Made by a program: the position numbers and the translations under genes. From the NCBI GenBank assembly GCA_963758635.1, contig CAVWWD010000003.1, forward strand, positions 768,001 through 832,000: a DNA stretch of 64,000 nucleotides. The letters run 5' to 3'. Below the pieces are notes generated by a model. That model did no database searches and was not told the DNA's origin. It was given only the letters and a program-made list of their open reading frames with translations. This document shows, piece after piece, positions 47,274 through 57,251 of this stretch; the stretch's first letter is position 1, and each line of letters begins with the position of its first letter. Source of the stretch: an uncultured Candidatus Rokubacteria bacterium. GTDB lineage: Bacteria; Methylomirabilota; Methylomirabilia; Rokubacteriales; CSP1-6.

Positions 47274-49126
47274 AGCCGAGTGGCGACATCGCGCGGTTCG
47301 CGTGGCTCCTGCGCACCTACATCGCCCCGTACTGGCGCTCGGTGGCGCTCCTCATCCTGGGCAGCTACACCGCGGCCACGCTGGCCGCGTGCCTGCCCGT
47401 CCTCATGGCGCCCGTCCTCGAGCTCGCCATCGGCCACCACGGCGGTCGGCCGGCGGGCGCGGCGACGGACGGCACCGGGCTCAGCCTGAAGAACCTCGGC
47501 GCCGCCGTGCTGGCGTGGCTCGGCGTGGGCGCCACCGAGGACCGCTTCGGCGCCATCGTCCGGCTATGCATGGTGTTCGTGGCGGTGGGCGTGATCAAGG
47601 CCGCCGTCGAGTTCGGCAACTACCTCCTCGCCCTGTGGATCCGGGTGCGGGCGGGGGCGGCGGTGCAGATGGACTTGTTCCGCCACCTCATGAATCTCTC
47701 GATGAGCTTCTTCACGCGGCACCGCACCGGCGAGCTGGTGTCGCGGCTGGACAATGACACGCGCGCGGCCACCGCGGGGCTCGAGATCATCGTTGGCCAG
47801 CTCCTCACCGCGCCCGTCCTGATCGCCGTCTACGGGATCCTCCTCGTGCGCACGAGCCCGCGGCTCGTCTTCGCCGCCGCCGCCGCGTTCGTCCTGCACT
47901 GGCTGATCACGCGCGCGGTGCGGGGCCCCATCCGCCGGCTCGCCACCGACCAGTTCTCCGTGTTCGCCGAGCTGGTCGCGCGGTTCCAGGAGGCCATCCT
48001 GTCGATCCGCGTGGTGAAGTCGTTCGGCGCCGAGGCGTTCGAGGCCTCGCGCGTGCGGCGGACCCTCGCCGAGGTGCTGCGCGTCAACGTGAAGTTCGGC
48101 ATCTACAAGCACGCCGAGCAGCCCGCCCGCACGATCGTGAACTACGTCATCGAGATGGGCATCCTGCTGATGGCCGCCTGGGAGCTCCTCGCCGGCCACC
48201 TCTCGGTGCCCACGTTCTTCCTGTTCCTCTACGTCGGCCGCGCCGTGATGGTGCAGGTCGGGAACCTGGGCGACGCGTCCAGCCACATCCAGGCCGCCCT
48301 CGCCGCGTCCACCCGGCTCGTGCAGCTCCTCGACCTGCGGCCGGACGTGACCGATGGCCCCGAGCCCATCGACGCGTTCCGCGAGCGGATCGTGGTCAAC
48401 GACGTGTCGTTCGCCTACGGCGCCGAGCCGGTCCTGGAGCACGTCAGCTTCGAGATCGCCCGCGGCGAGCTGGTGGCCCTGGTGGGGCCGAGCGGATCGG
48501 GCAAGTCCACGCTCGCCGACCTGGTGCTGCGCTTCTACGATCCCACGCGCGGCGTCATCACCATCGACGGCCGCGACCTGCGCACGCTGCGCCAGGAGTC
48601 CTACCGGCGGCTCTTCGGCGTGGTGTCCCAGGAGGCGCTCCTCTTCAACGCGACGATCCGCGACAACATCGCCTACGGGCGCACCGGCCTCGCCGAGGAG
48701 GACATCGTGCGCGCCGCCCGCATCGCCAACGCGCACGACTTCATCACGGAGTTCCCCGAGGGCTACGAGACGGTGGTGGGCGACCGCGGGATCCGGCTCT
48801 CCGGCGGCCAGCGGCAGCGCGTGGCCATCGCCCGCGCCATCGTCGGCAACCCGGAGATCCTCGTGCTCGACGAGGCGACGAGCGCGCTCGACAGCGAGTC
48901 CGAGCGGCTGGTGCAGCAGGCCATCGACCGCGTCATCGAGGGCGCCACCTCGATCGTGATCGCGCACCGCCTGTCCACCGTGCTCCACGCCGACCGCATC
49001 GTCGTGCTGAACCGCGGCGGCGTCGAGGCGATGGGACGTCACGCGGAGCTCATCGCCGGCAACGAGACGTACGCGCGCCTGTACCGCCTGCAGTTCTCGG
49101 AGGCCGAGCCCCTTGGGCGTCTCTGA
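47270..49126 (+). CDS. ABC transporter permease/ATP-binding protein (MsbA-like)
   Basis: TM domain; GPSGSGKST, LSGGQRQR, LVLDEATSALD, IAHRLST. Confidence 0.92.
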   Translation: MKPSGDIARFAWLLRTYIAPYWRSVALLILGSYTAATLAACLPVLMAPVLELAIGHHGGRPAGAATDGTGLSLKNLGAAVLAWLGVGATEDRFGAIVRLCMVFVAVGVIKAAVEFGNYLLALWIRVRAGAAVQMDLFRHLMNLSMSFFTRHRTGELVSRLDNDTRAATAGLEIIVGQLLTAPVLIAVYGILLVRTSPRLVFAAAAAFVLHWLITRAVRGPIRRLATDQFSVFAELVARFQEAILSIRVVKSFGAEAFEASRVRRTLAEVLRVNVKFGIYKHAEQPARTIVNYVIEMGILLMAAWELLAGHLSVPTFFLFLYVGRAVMVQVGNLGDASSHIQAALAASTRLVQLLDLRPDVTDGPEPIDAFRERIVVNDVSFAYGAEPVLEHVSFEIARGELVALVGPSGSGKSTLADLVLRFYDPTRGVITIDGRDLRTLRQESYRRLFGVVSQEALLFNATIRDNIAYGRTGLAEEDIVRAARIANAHDFITEFPEGYETVVGDRGIRLSGGQRQRVAIARAIVGNPEILVLDEATSALDSESERLVQQAIDRVIEGATSIVIAHRLSTVLHADRIVVLNRGGVEAMGRHAELIAGNETYARLYRLQFSEAEPLGRL

Positions 49127-49946
49127 CCGCCCGTACTTCGACTGGCTCACGGGAGCGCTCGACCGGTGTGAGCGTGCTCGCGGCCTCTTCGGGGCCCTCG
49201 GCCGCGCGCGCCCCACCGTGGACGTGTGGGGCCTCGCCGAGCAGCAGCAGACCCCCGCCATGGGCTGGCTGCGAGCGGCCGTCGCCCCCGCGCGGCCCCA
49301 GGTGACGCTCCTCGACAAGTTCGGGGACGCCCCGGGCGTCCGGCCCGTGGACCTGAACCGGCTGGACGCGGAGCCCGCCGGCGCGTGCGACGTGGCGACC
49401 ATCCTCCGGGCCTCGTTCTTCGTGACCGACCCCCCGGGCTTCCTGCGGAACCTGCATCGGCTCCTCCGACCGGGCGGGCTCGCCGTCGTGGACTGGCTGC
49501 ACGGGTGCTCGGACGCTCCCGTCCTCGACTTCCCCCTCGACCCCCGCTACGGCGACGCTCCGTCGCCCTTCGTGACGACGTACATGGACGCCGCGTTCAT
49601 GGCGGCGTGTCCCGGCGAGTTCGATCGCTTCATCAAGGACGTGAACCGGCCACCGTGGACGGCCAACCTCGCGCGCCCCGGCCAGCGCGTGGGCGTCGCC
49701 GAGCGGCTGCTCCGGATCGCCGAGCTGGGGCCGCAGCGCCAGATCTCGCGCGCGACGTACGCGGAGGCCCTCCGGGCGGACCTCCACCGGGCCGGGAAGC
49801 GGCTGGTCGAGCCCGAGCTCCTCGAGCGGCACTTCGAGGTCGTCCACCGCGACGCCCGCTACCTCCACCGCCAGACCGGCAAGTTCAACCTCTACCTCCT
49901 GACCGTGCTCCGCCGCCGGGACGGGGGCGAGGGAGACGCCCCGTGA
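49113..49946 (+). CDS. Methyltransferase-like protein
   Basis: FLRNLHRLLRPGGLAVVDW post-motif; overlaps both neighbours. Confidence 0.6.
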   Translation: MGVSDRPYFDWLTGALDRCERARGLFGALGRARPTVDVWGLAEQQQTPAMGWLRAAVAPARPQVTLLDKFGDAPGVRPVDLNRLDAEPAGACDVATILRASFFVTDPPGFLRNLHRLLRPGGLAVVDWLHGCSDAPVLDFPLDPRYGDAPSPFVTTYMDAAFMAACPGEFDRFIKDVNRPPWTANLARPGQRVGVAERLLRIAELGPQRQISRATYAEALRADLHRAGKRLVEPELLERHFEVVHRDARYLHRQTGKFNLYLLTVLRRRDGGEGDAP

Positions 49947-50917
49947 CGCTCGACTGGCGCGAGGCGTCCGTCCTCATCACCGGCGGCACCGGCTCGTTCG
50001 GGAACGCCTTCGTCGAGGCCATGCTGACGCGCTACCGCCCGCGGCGGCTCGTGGTGTTCAGCCGTGACGAGCTCAAGCAGTCGGAGATGATGGCGCGGTT
50101 CGGGCCCCAGCCGTCGCTCCGGTTCTTCATCGGCGACGTGCGCGATCGCGAGCGGCTCGAGCGCGCCATGCACGGCGTGGACGTCGTCGTCCACGCCGCC
50201 GCGCTCAAGCAGATCCCGGCGTGCGAGTACAACCCCTTCGAGGCGATCCAGACCAACGTGATCGGCGCGAAGAACGTCATCGACGCCGCCATCGACCAGG
50301 GCGTGCGCCAGGTCGTCGCGATCTCGACCGACAAGGCGGTGGGACCGTCGAACCTCTACGGCGCCACGAAGCTCTGCGCGGAGAAGCTCTTCGTGCAGGG
50401 CAACGTGTACACCGGTGATCGTCCGACGCGCTTCTCCGTCGTGCGCTACGGCAACGTCATCGGCAGCCGGGGCAGCGTGATCCCGCTCTTCGAGGCGCAG
50501 CGGGCATCGGGGAGGGTCACGGTCACGGACGCCCTGATGACGCGCTTCTGGATCCGGCTCCGCGACGGCGTCGAGTTCGCCATCCGCTGCGCCGGGCTCA
50601 TGCGCGGCGGCGAGATCTTCGTGCCCAAGATCCCGAGCATGCGCGTCATGGACCTGGTGGAGACGGTCGCGCCGGGATGTCAGGTGGAGTTCATCGGGAT
50701 CCGGCCCGGCGAGAAGCTCCACGAGGTGCTCGTGTCGGAGGATGAGAGCCGGCAGGCCCGGGAGCTCGACGACATGTTCGTGATCGAGCCCATCGATCCC
50801 TCCTGGGCGTACGCGGGCTGGGAGGGCAAGCGCCCCGCCCCGGGCTTCCGGTACTCGAGCGACGGCAACGACCGCTGGCTCTCCGGCGAGGAGATGCGGA
50901 AGCTCGCCGATGGCTGA
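49943..50917 (+). CDS. pseB: UDP-N-acetylglucosamine 4,6-dehydratase (inverting)
   Basis: LITGGTGSFG, FSRDELKQ, HAAALKQIPACEYNP, STDKA, YGATK, RYGNVIGSRGSV, IRPGEKLHE. Confidence 0.9.
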   Translation: MTLDWREASVLITGGTGSFGNAFVEAMLTRYRPRRLVVFSRDELKQSEMMARFGPQPSLRFFIGDVRDRERLERAMHGVDVVVHAAALKQIPACEYNPFEAIQTNVIGAKNVIDAAIDQGVRQVVAISTDKAVGPSNLYGATKLCAEKLFVQGNVYTGDRPTRFSVVRYGNVIGSRGSVIPLFEAQRASGRVTVTDALMTRFWIRLRDGVEFAIRCAGLMRGGEIFVPKIPSMRVMDLVETVAPGCQVEFIGIRPGEKLHEVLVSEDESRQARELDDMFVIEPIDPSWAYAGWEGKRPAPGFRYSSDGNDRWLSGEEMRKLADG

Positions 50918-52100
50918 GCGGCTCGCGCTCGACGGCGGCGCCCCGGTGCGGGCGGCGATGCTGCCCTACGGCCGCCACGCCGTGGAAGAGGAGGACGTCC
51001 AGGCGGTGGCGGCGGCCCTCCGCTCCGGCTGGCTCACCACCGGGCCGCTCGTGGGCGAGCTGGAGCGGGCGGTGGCGGCGGCGGTGGGCGCGGCGCACGC
51101 GGTGGCCGTGAGCTCGGGCACGGCGGCGCTCCACGCCGCGGTGGCCGCGGCGGGCGTCGGCCCCGGCGACGAGGTCGTCACCTCGCCCCTCACCTTCGTG
51201 GGCTCGGCCAACGCCGTGCTCTACCGCGGCGGCGTGCCCGTGTTCGCCGACGTGCGGGAGGACACGCTGAACATCGACCCCGTGGACGCGGAGATGCGGG
51301 TCACCCCGCGCACGCGGGCGCTCCTGCCCGTGGACTACGCCGGCCAGCCCGCCGACCTCGACGAGCTCGGGCGGATCGCCGCCGCCCGCGGCCTCGTGAT
51401 GATCGAGGACGCGGCCCATGCCCTCGGCGCCGCGTATCGCGGGCGGCCCGTGGGCGCCGTCGCCGACCTCACGACGTTCAGCTTCCACCCCGTCAAGCAC
51501 GTGACCACCGGCGAGGGCGGCATGGTCACCACGGGCCGCGCCGACCTCGCCGCGGCCATGCGCCGCTTCCGCAACCACGGCCTCGACGCCGACTTCCGCG
51601 AGCGCGACGCGCGCGGCCTCGAGTTCGCGCCGATGGTCGAGCTGGGCTTCAACTACCGGCTGCCCGACGTGGCGTGCGCGCTCGGGCTGGCGCAGCTCTC
51701 CCGGCTCGAGTCCGGCCTGAAGCGGCGCGCGGAGATCGCCGAGCGCTACCAGGCCGCGCTCGCCGGCGTGGCCGCCGTCACGCTGCCCGCGGTGCTGCCG
51801 CACGTCCGGCACGCCTGGCACATCTTCCCGGTGCTCCTGGACCTGCCGCGCCTGTCCGTGGACCGACGCACCGTGCTCGCCGCGCTCCGCGCGGAGGGCA
51901 TCGGCGTGGCGCTCCACTACGTGCCCGCCTACTGGCACCCGTACTACGAGGCGCTGGGCTACCGCCGGGGCCTCTGCCCGCGGGCGGAGGCGGCGTGGGA
52001 GCGCCTCCTGACGCTGCCGATCTTCCCGGCCATGACCGACGCCGACGCCGACGACGTGATCACCGCCGTCCGCAAGGTGCTGGGGCACTACGCGCGATGA
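50910..52100 (+). CDS. pseC: DegT/DnrJ sugar aminotransferase (PseC-like)
   Basis: LPYGRH, WLTTGP, EDAAHALG, FSFHPVKHVTTGEGG, LGFNYR. Confidence 0.85.
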   Translation: MAERLALDGGAPVRAAMLPYGRHAVEEEDVQAVAAALRSGWLTTGPLVGELERAVAAAVGAAHAVAVSSGTAALHAAVAAAGVGPGDEVVTSPLTFVGSANAVLYRGGVPVFADVREDTLNIDPVDAEMRVTPRTRALLPVDYAGQPADLDELGRIAAARGLVMIEDAAHALGAAYRGRPVGAVADLTTFSFHPVKHVTTGEGGMVTTGRADLAAAMRRFRNHGLDADFRERDARGLEFAPMVELGFNYRLPDVACALGLAQLSRLESGLKRRAEIAERYQAALAGVAAVTLPAVLPHVRHAWHIFPVLLDLPRLSVDRRTVLAALRAEGIGVALHYVPAYWHPYYEALGYRRGLCPRAEAAWERLLTLPIFPAMTDADADDVITAVRKVLGHYAR

Positions 52101-53146
52101 GCCTGTCCGTCGTCTTCGTCACCCACGCCGGCCCCGCGATCGGCCTCGGCCACGAGCGGCGCTGCCTCGCGCTGGCGAGCGCCTGGGCCGCCGAGCGGGC
52201 GGAGATCCGGTTCGTGATCGCGCCCGACGACGGGTCGGCGGCCCGGCTCGGACGCGCGAGCGGCTCCCTGGTGCGCCTGGGCGCCGCCGGCGTGGCCGTG
52301 ACCGCGCTCGCGTGGGACCGCGAGCCCGAGCGCGCCCGCGACACGCTCACCCGCCTCGCGCCCGACGTGCTCGTGGTGGACTCGTACGCCGCCTCGACGG
52401 AGTTCCTGGCGTCGCTGCGCGAGACGTGCGGCCGGCTCGTCGCCATCGACGACGTGGCCGACCGGCGGCTCCCCGTCCACGTGGTCGTCAACGGCGGCGT
52501 GGCCGCGGAGTCGCTGCCGTACGAGCGCGCGAGCGCCACGCGGTTCCTGCTCGGGGCGCGCTACGCCCTGATCGATCCGCGCTTCGCCGCCGCCCGGCCG
52601 CCGCGGTCGCGCGGGCGGGTGGACCGCGTGCTGGTGTCGCTCGGCGGCGGGCGCCCGGGCCCGGCGCTCCACGCGGCCCTCGCCGCCGTGGAGACGCAGG
52701 TGACGGACGCCGAGGTCGACGTGGTGGTCGGCCCGTTCGCCGGCCCGGGCCTGCCCGGCGGATTGCGCAAGAACCGCCTCGTGCTCCATCGCGACCCGCC
52801 CGACATGCAGCGCCTCATGCAGGGCGCCGACCTCGCCATCTCCGGCGCCGGGGTCACGCTGTACGAGCTGGCCGCCACGGGCACCCCGACGGTGGCGGTG
52901 CAGATGGCCGACAACCAGGCGGCCAACGCCACGGCCTTCGGCAACGCGGGCGCGGCCGTGCTCGCCGGAGACGCCGCGTCGCCGCGTCTGCCCGAGGCGC
53001 TGGCCGACGCGGTGGGCCGCCTGGTCGAGAGCCCGGCGCACCGGTCCGGCCTCGCCGGCCGCGCGCGCGACCTGGTCGACGGCGCCGGGGCCATCCGCGC
53101 GGCCCGCGAGATCGGCGGCCGGATCGGGTCGGCGATGGCCCGGTGA
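52097..53146 (+). CDS. pseG: UDP-sugar hydrolase (PseG/SpsG family)
   Basis: IGLGHERRCLALA, VVDSY, IDD, ADLAISGAGVTLYE, ADNQ. Confidence 0.8.
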   Translation: MSLSVVFVTHAGPAIGLGHERRCLALASAWAAERAEIRFVIAPDDGSAARLGRASGSLVRLGAAGVAVTALAWDREPERARDTLTRLAPDVLVVDSYAASTEFLASLRETCGRLVAIDDVADRRLPVHVVVNGGVAAESLPYERASATRFLLGARYALIDPRFAAARPPRSRGRVDRVLVSLGGGRPGPALHAALAAVETQVTDAEVDVVVGPFAGPGLPGGLRKNRLVLHRDPPDMQRLMQGADLAISGAGVTLYELAATGTPTVAVQMADNQAANATAFGNAGAAVLAGDAASPRLPEALADAVGRLVESPAHRSGLAGRARDLVDGAGAIRAAREIGGRIGSAMAR

Positions 53147-54189
53147 TGGACGCGATCGAGATCGGCGGCCGGCGCGTGGGGGCGGGGGCGCCGTGCTTCG
53201 TCATCGCCGAGGCGGGCGCCAACCACAACCGGAGCCTCGCCATGGGCCGCGAGCTGATCGACGCCGCGGCCGAGGCCGGCGCCGACGCGGTGAAGTTCCA
53301 GACCTACTCGGCGGAGACGCTCTACTCGCGGAAGACGCCGCGCTTCTCGTACCTGGAGGGGGTCAGCGACAAGGACACCTGGGACCTCATCAAGGAGATC
53401 GAGCTGCCGCGCGAGTGGCAGGCCGACCTCTCCGCCTACGCCGCGCGGCGGGGCATCCCGTTCTTCTCGAGCCCGTTCGACCATCGCGCCGTGGACGAGC
53501 TCGACGCGCTCGGCGTGCCCGCGTTCAAGATCGCCTCCTTCGAGATCGTGGACCTGCCGCTCATCCGTCACGCCGCCGCCAAGGGCCGGCCCCTCATCGT
53601 GTCCACCGGCCTGGCCACGCTGGAGGACATCGACGACGCGCTCGGGGCGTGCCGGGCCGCCGGCAACGAGCAGGTGGCGCTGCTCCAGTGCGCCTCGCTC
53701 TACCCCGCGCCCCCCGCCGTCATGAACCTGCGCGCGATGGAGACCATGCGCCGGGCCTTCGGCGTCCCGGTGGGGCTGTCCGACCACACCCGCGGCATCC
53801 ACGTCGCGGTGGCCGCGGCCGGGCTCGGGGCCGCGCTCGTCGAGAAGCACTTCACGCTGAACCGCGCGCTCCCCGGGCCCGATCATCCGTTCGCGGTGGA
53901 GCCTCGCGAGCTCGCCGCGATGGTGAGCCAGATCCGCGAGGTCGAGGCCGCGCTCGGCGACGGCCGCAAGCGCGGGCCGGCGCCGGAAGAGATGGAGATG
54001 CACGAGAAGGCCCGCCGGAGCCTCGTGGCCGCGCGCTTCATCGCCCGGGGCGCCACGATCGAGCGGGACATGATCGCGATCAAGCGGCCGGGCTTCGGGA
54101 TCCGCCCCAAGATGCTCGACCTGGTCGTCGGGCGCGTGGCGCGCGTCGACATCGAGGAGGACACCGTGCTCACGTGGGAGCTCCTGTGA
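53146..54189 (+). CDS. Nonulosonic acid synthase (NeuB/PseI/SpsE family) with SAF domain
   Basis: IAEAGANHN, ADAVKFQ, KIASFE, GLSDHT, EKHFTL, DH, RRSL, KRPG. Confidence 0.9.
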   Translation: MDAIEIGGRRVGAGAPCFVIAEAGANHNRSLAMGRELIDAAAEAGADAVKFQTYSAETLYSRKTPRFSYLEGVSDKDTWDLIKEIELPREWQADLSAYAARRGIPFFSSPFDHRAVDELDALGVPAFKIASFEIVDLPLIRHAAAKGRPLIVSTGLATLEDIDDALGACRAAGNEQVALLQCASLYPAPPAVMNLRAMETMRRAFGVPVGLSDHTRGIHVAVAAAGLGAALVEKHFTLNRALPGPDHPFAVEPRELAAMVSQIREVEAALGDGRKRGPAPEEMEMHEKARRSLVAARFIARGATIERDMIAIKRPGFGIRPKMLDLVVGRVARVDIEEDTVLTWELL

Positions 54190-54665
54190 GCCCCGCCGCG
54201 CCCGCGCGCTACGTGCGCCTGCGCGGCGCGCTCCTCGCCGACTCGGAGCGCGTCTGGGTGTGGCGCAACGACCCCGAGACGCGCGCGGCGTCCTTCGACC
54301 CGGCGGCCATCCCGTGGGAGACGCACGAGGAGTGGTTCCGCGAGACGCTGAGCCGCCACGACCGGCGCCTGTACATCGTGGTCGCCGACGGCACGGACAC
54401 CGGCGTGGTGCGTCTCGACGTGGTCGACGCGGAGGCGGAGGTGAGCATCCACCTGGCCCCCGAGGCGCGCTACCGCGGGATCGGCGCGCTGGCCCTCCGC
54501 GCCGTCGTCGGCGAGGCGTTCGACGGCCTCGGGCTCACGCGCGTGTACGGCAGCATCCGGCCCGACAACCAGCCGTCGCTCGCGGCGTTCGCCAAGGCCG
54601 GCTTCGGCCTCATGCAGACGGGCAACGTGGTGACGGCGGTGAAGTCCACGCGGGACCTGCCGTGA
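54186..54665 (+). CDS. pseH: GNAT N-acetyltransferase (PseH-like)
   Basis: WRNDPETR, HEEWF, GVVRLD, RYRGIG, NQPSLAAFAKAGF; pse gene context. Confidence 0.7.
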   Translation: MSPAAPARYVRLRGALLADSERVWVWRNDPETRAASFDPAAIPWETHEEWFRETLSRHDRRLYIVVADGTDTGVVRLDVVDAEAEVSIHLAPEARYRGIGALALRAVVGEAFDGLGLTRVYGSIRPDNQPSLAAFAKAGFGLMQTGNVVTAVKSTRDLP

Positions 54666-55444
54666 AGGGTCTCGGCTACTGGACGCTCACCGGCGCCAAG
54701 CGCGTGCGCGGCGGCCTCGTCGACCATCTCCGCGGCACGCCGCTCTGGGGCCCGCTCCGCGCCGCCTTCCACGCCGTGTCGCCGCTCTGGCGCAACGCGC
54801 TCGTCCGCCGCGCCACCGTGGCGGTGCGCGGGCCCATCTACCGCGCCGATCCGCGCGGCTACTGGCAGCGCGAGGGCGGCCGGCGCTACCTGCAGGACGA
54901 GGCGCACATCCTGGGGCCGGGCTCGCTCACCGAGCGGCAAGGGGAGTTCCTCGCCGCCGCCATCGCCGATCTCGGGGCGAAGAGCGTGCTCGAGGTGGGC
55001 GTCGGCTACGGCCGGCTCCTCCGTGAGATCGGCGCGCGGCTGCCCGTCCGCCTCGCCGGCGCCGACTTCAGCGAGCCGCAGCTCCACGCGGCCCGCGAGT
55101 ACCTCGCGCCCGCGGCGCCGCCGCTGGTCCTGGCCGACGCCACGCGCGGGCTCCCGTTCGGCGACCGGAGCTTCGACCTCGTGTACACGCAGGGCTCGCT
55201 GATGCACGTGCCGCCGCCCGGCGACCGCGCGTACCGCGCCGAGCTGGCCCGGGTGGCCCGGCGCTTCGTGGTCCACACGGAGGACGTGCAGGAGACCGAG
55301 AGCACGTTCGCCCACGACAACGCCGGGCAGTACCGCGAGCTGGGGCTCCGCGTGCGCCGCGACGAGCCGTACGCGCTCGAACATGCCGGGGCAGCGGATG
55401 CGCTTCCAGGTGTTCGAGCGCGCGGGCGGCGGCTGATCGCGTGA
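54662..55444 (+). CDS. Class I SAM methyltransferase (possible frameshift near the C-terminus)
   Basis: VLEVGVGYGR, DFSEPQL, LPFGDRSFDLVYT..LMHVPP. Confidence 0.85.
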   Translation: MKGLGYWTLTGAKRVRGGLVDHLRGTPLWGPLRAAFHAVSPLWRNALVRRATVAVRGPIYRADPRGYWQREGGRRYLQDEAHILGPGSLTERQGEFLAAAIADLGAKSVLEVGVGYGRLLREIGARLPVRLAGADFSEPQLHAAREYLAPAAPPLVLADATRGLPFGDRSFDLVYTQGSLMHVPPPGDRAYRAELARVARRFVVHTEDVQETESTFAHDNAGQYRELGLRVRRDEPYALEHAGAADALPGVRARGRRLIA

Positions 55445-55471
55445 TCTCGTCGTCATCGGGGCCGGCGGCTG

Positions 55472-56458
55472 ATGCGTCTCCTCGTCATCGGCACGGGCTC
55501 GATCGGCACGCGCCACGGCCGGAACCTCGTCGCGCTCGGCCAGGACGTGACGGCGTGGGACGCCGATCCCGCGCGTCTCGCCAGCCTCGCCGCGCTCCCG
55601 GGCGTGACGCGGGCGGCGAGTCTCGAGGCGGGGCTGGCCGCGCGGCCGGACGCGGTGGTGGTGTGCACGCCGCCCGCCACGCACGTGGCGCTCGCCCGGC
55701 GGGCCGTCGAGGCGGGCGCCCACGTCTTCGTCGAGAAGCCCGTCGCGCCGGTGTCCGACGAGGTGCCCGAGCTGATCGACCTCGCGCGCCGGCACGGCCG
55801 CGTGCTGATGGTGGGCTTCAACCTGCGGTTCTTGCCGAGCCTCGCCCGGGTCAAGGCCCTGCTCGACGCCGGCCGGATCGGCCGCGTCCACGCCGTGCGC
55901 GCGGAGTTCGGCTTCCATCTCCCGGACTGGCGGCCCGGGCGCGACTACCGCGACAACTACGCGGTGAGCCGGGAGATGGGCGGCGGCATCCTGCTCGACG
56001 CCATCCACGAGCTGGACTACCTGGGCTGGATGCTCGGCGACGTGACCGAGGTGTTCTGCGCGGCGGCCCACGTGTCGGACCTGGCCGGCGACACCGAGGA
56101 CCTCGCCGAGATCACGCTCCGCTTCGCGGGCGGCGCGCTCGGCCAGGTCCACCTCGACTACATCCGCCGCGCGTATCGCCGCACGCTCGAGCTGATCGGC
56201 GCGGCCGGCGTGATCGAGTGGGAGTACCCGGCGTGCCGCGTCACCGTGCGCGGGCCCGCGCCCGACGCGGTCGAGGTGGCCCACGCGGGAGACGACGGCC
56301 CGGCGGAGGCGATGTACGTCGCGGAGATGCAGCACTTCCTCCACTGCTGCGAGGGACGCGCCGTGCCGCGGGTGGACGGCGACGAGGCGCTCCGCTCGCT
56401 GCGGCTCGTCGAGGCGGCCAAGGCGTCGGCGGCGAGCGGCGGCTGGGTGAAGCCCTGA
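55472..56458 (+). CDS. Gfo/Idh/MocA family oxidoreductase
   Basis: VIGTGSIG, VFVEKP, GFNLRF, GGGILLDAIHELD. Confidence 0.9.
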   Translation: MRLLVIGTGSIGTRHGRNLVALGQDVTAWDADPARLASLAALPGVTRAASLEAGLAARPDAVVVCTPPATHVALARRAVEAGAHVFVEKPVAPVSDEVPELIDLARRHGRVLMVGFNLRFLPSLARVKALLDAGRIGRVHAVRAEFGFHLPDWRPGRDYRDNYAVSREMGGGILLDAIHELDYLGWMLGDVTEVFCAAAHVSDLAGDTEDLAEITLRFAGGALGQVHLDYIRRAYRRTLELIGAAGVIEWEYPACRVTVRGPAPDAVEVAHAGDDGPAEAMYVAEMQHFLHCCEGRAVPRVDGDEALRSLRLVEAAKASAASGGWVKP

Positions 56459-57251
56459 TGCCGGCGCGCGTGGTCGCGATCATCCAGGCCCGGCTCGGCT
56501 CGACGCGGCTGCCCGGCAAGACGCTGGCCGACATCGGCGGCCGCCCGATGCTCGCCCACGTGGTCGAGCGCGTCCGCGCCACGCCCGGGATCGACGCGGT
56601 GGTGATCGCCACGACGACGCGCCCGTCGGATGACCCGCTGGTCGACTGGGCCTCGCGCGCCGGGCTGGCGTGCGCGAGGGGCAGCGAGGAGGACGTCCTC
56701 GACCGGTTCCGGACGGCGCTGTCGATGCATCCGGCGGATGCCGTCGTGCGCGTGACGCCGGACTGCCCTCTCCTCGACCCCGACGTGGCCGGGCGGGTCG
56801 TGGCGACGTGGCGCGACGCCGGCGGCGCGCTCGACTACGTCAGCAACGTCCACCCGCCCACGTTCCCGGACGGCCTCGACACCGAGGTGATCTCCCGGCG
56901 CGCGCTCGCTCGCGGCATCGGCGCGAGGCCACCGACCCCGCGGACCGCGAGCACGTCACGCCGTTCGTGTGGCGCCAGCCCGACCGGTTCCCCGCCGGGC
57001 GCGTCGAGCACTCCACGGACCTCTCGGCGCTTCGCTGGACCGTCGACACGCCGGCCGACCTCGCCTTCGTGCGCGCGGTCCACGAGCGCCTGGCGCCGCC
57101 GGGCGGGACCGGTACGGGATGGCCGCCGTGCTCGCCGTGCTCGATCGCGAGCCCGGAGCTCGCGGCGATCAACGCGGGCCAGACGCGCAACGAGGGCTAC
57201 GCGCGGTCCGTCGCCGCGTCGCGCGCCCGCGCGGAGGAGGCGCGGCGGTGA
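56458..57251 (+). CDS. SpsF-like cytidylyltransferase (CMP-nonulosonate synthetase family); frameshifts
   Basis: AIIQARLGSTRLPGK, RGSEEDVLDRF, RVTPDCPLLDP, FPDGLDTE, REHVT, RWTVDTPADL. Confidence 0.85.
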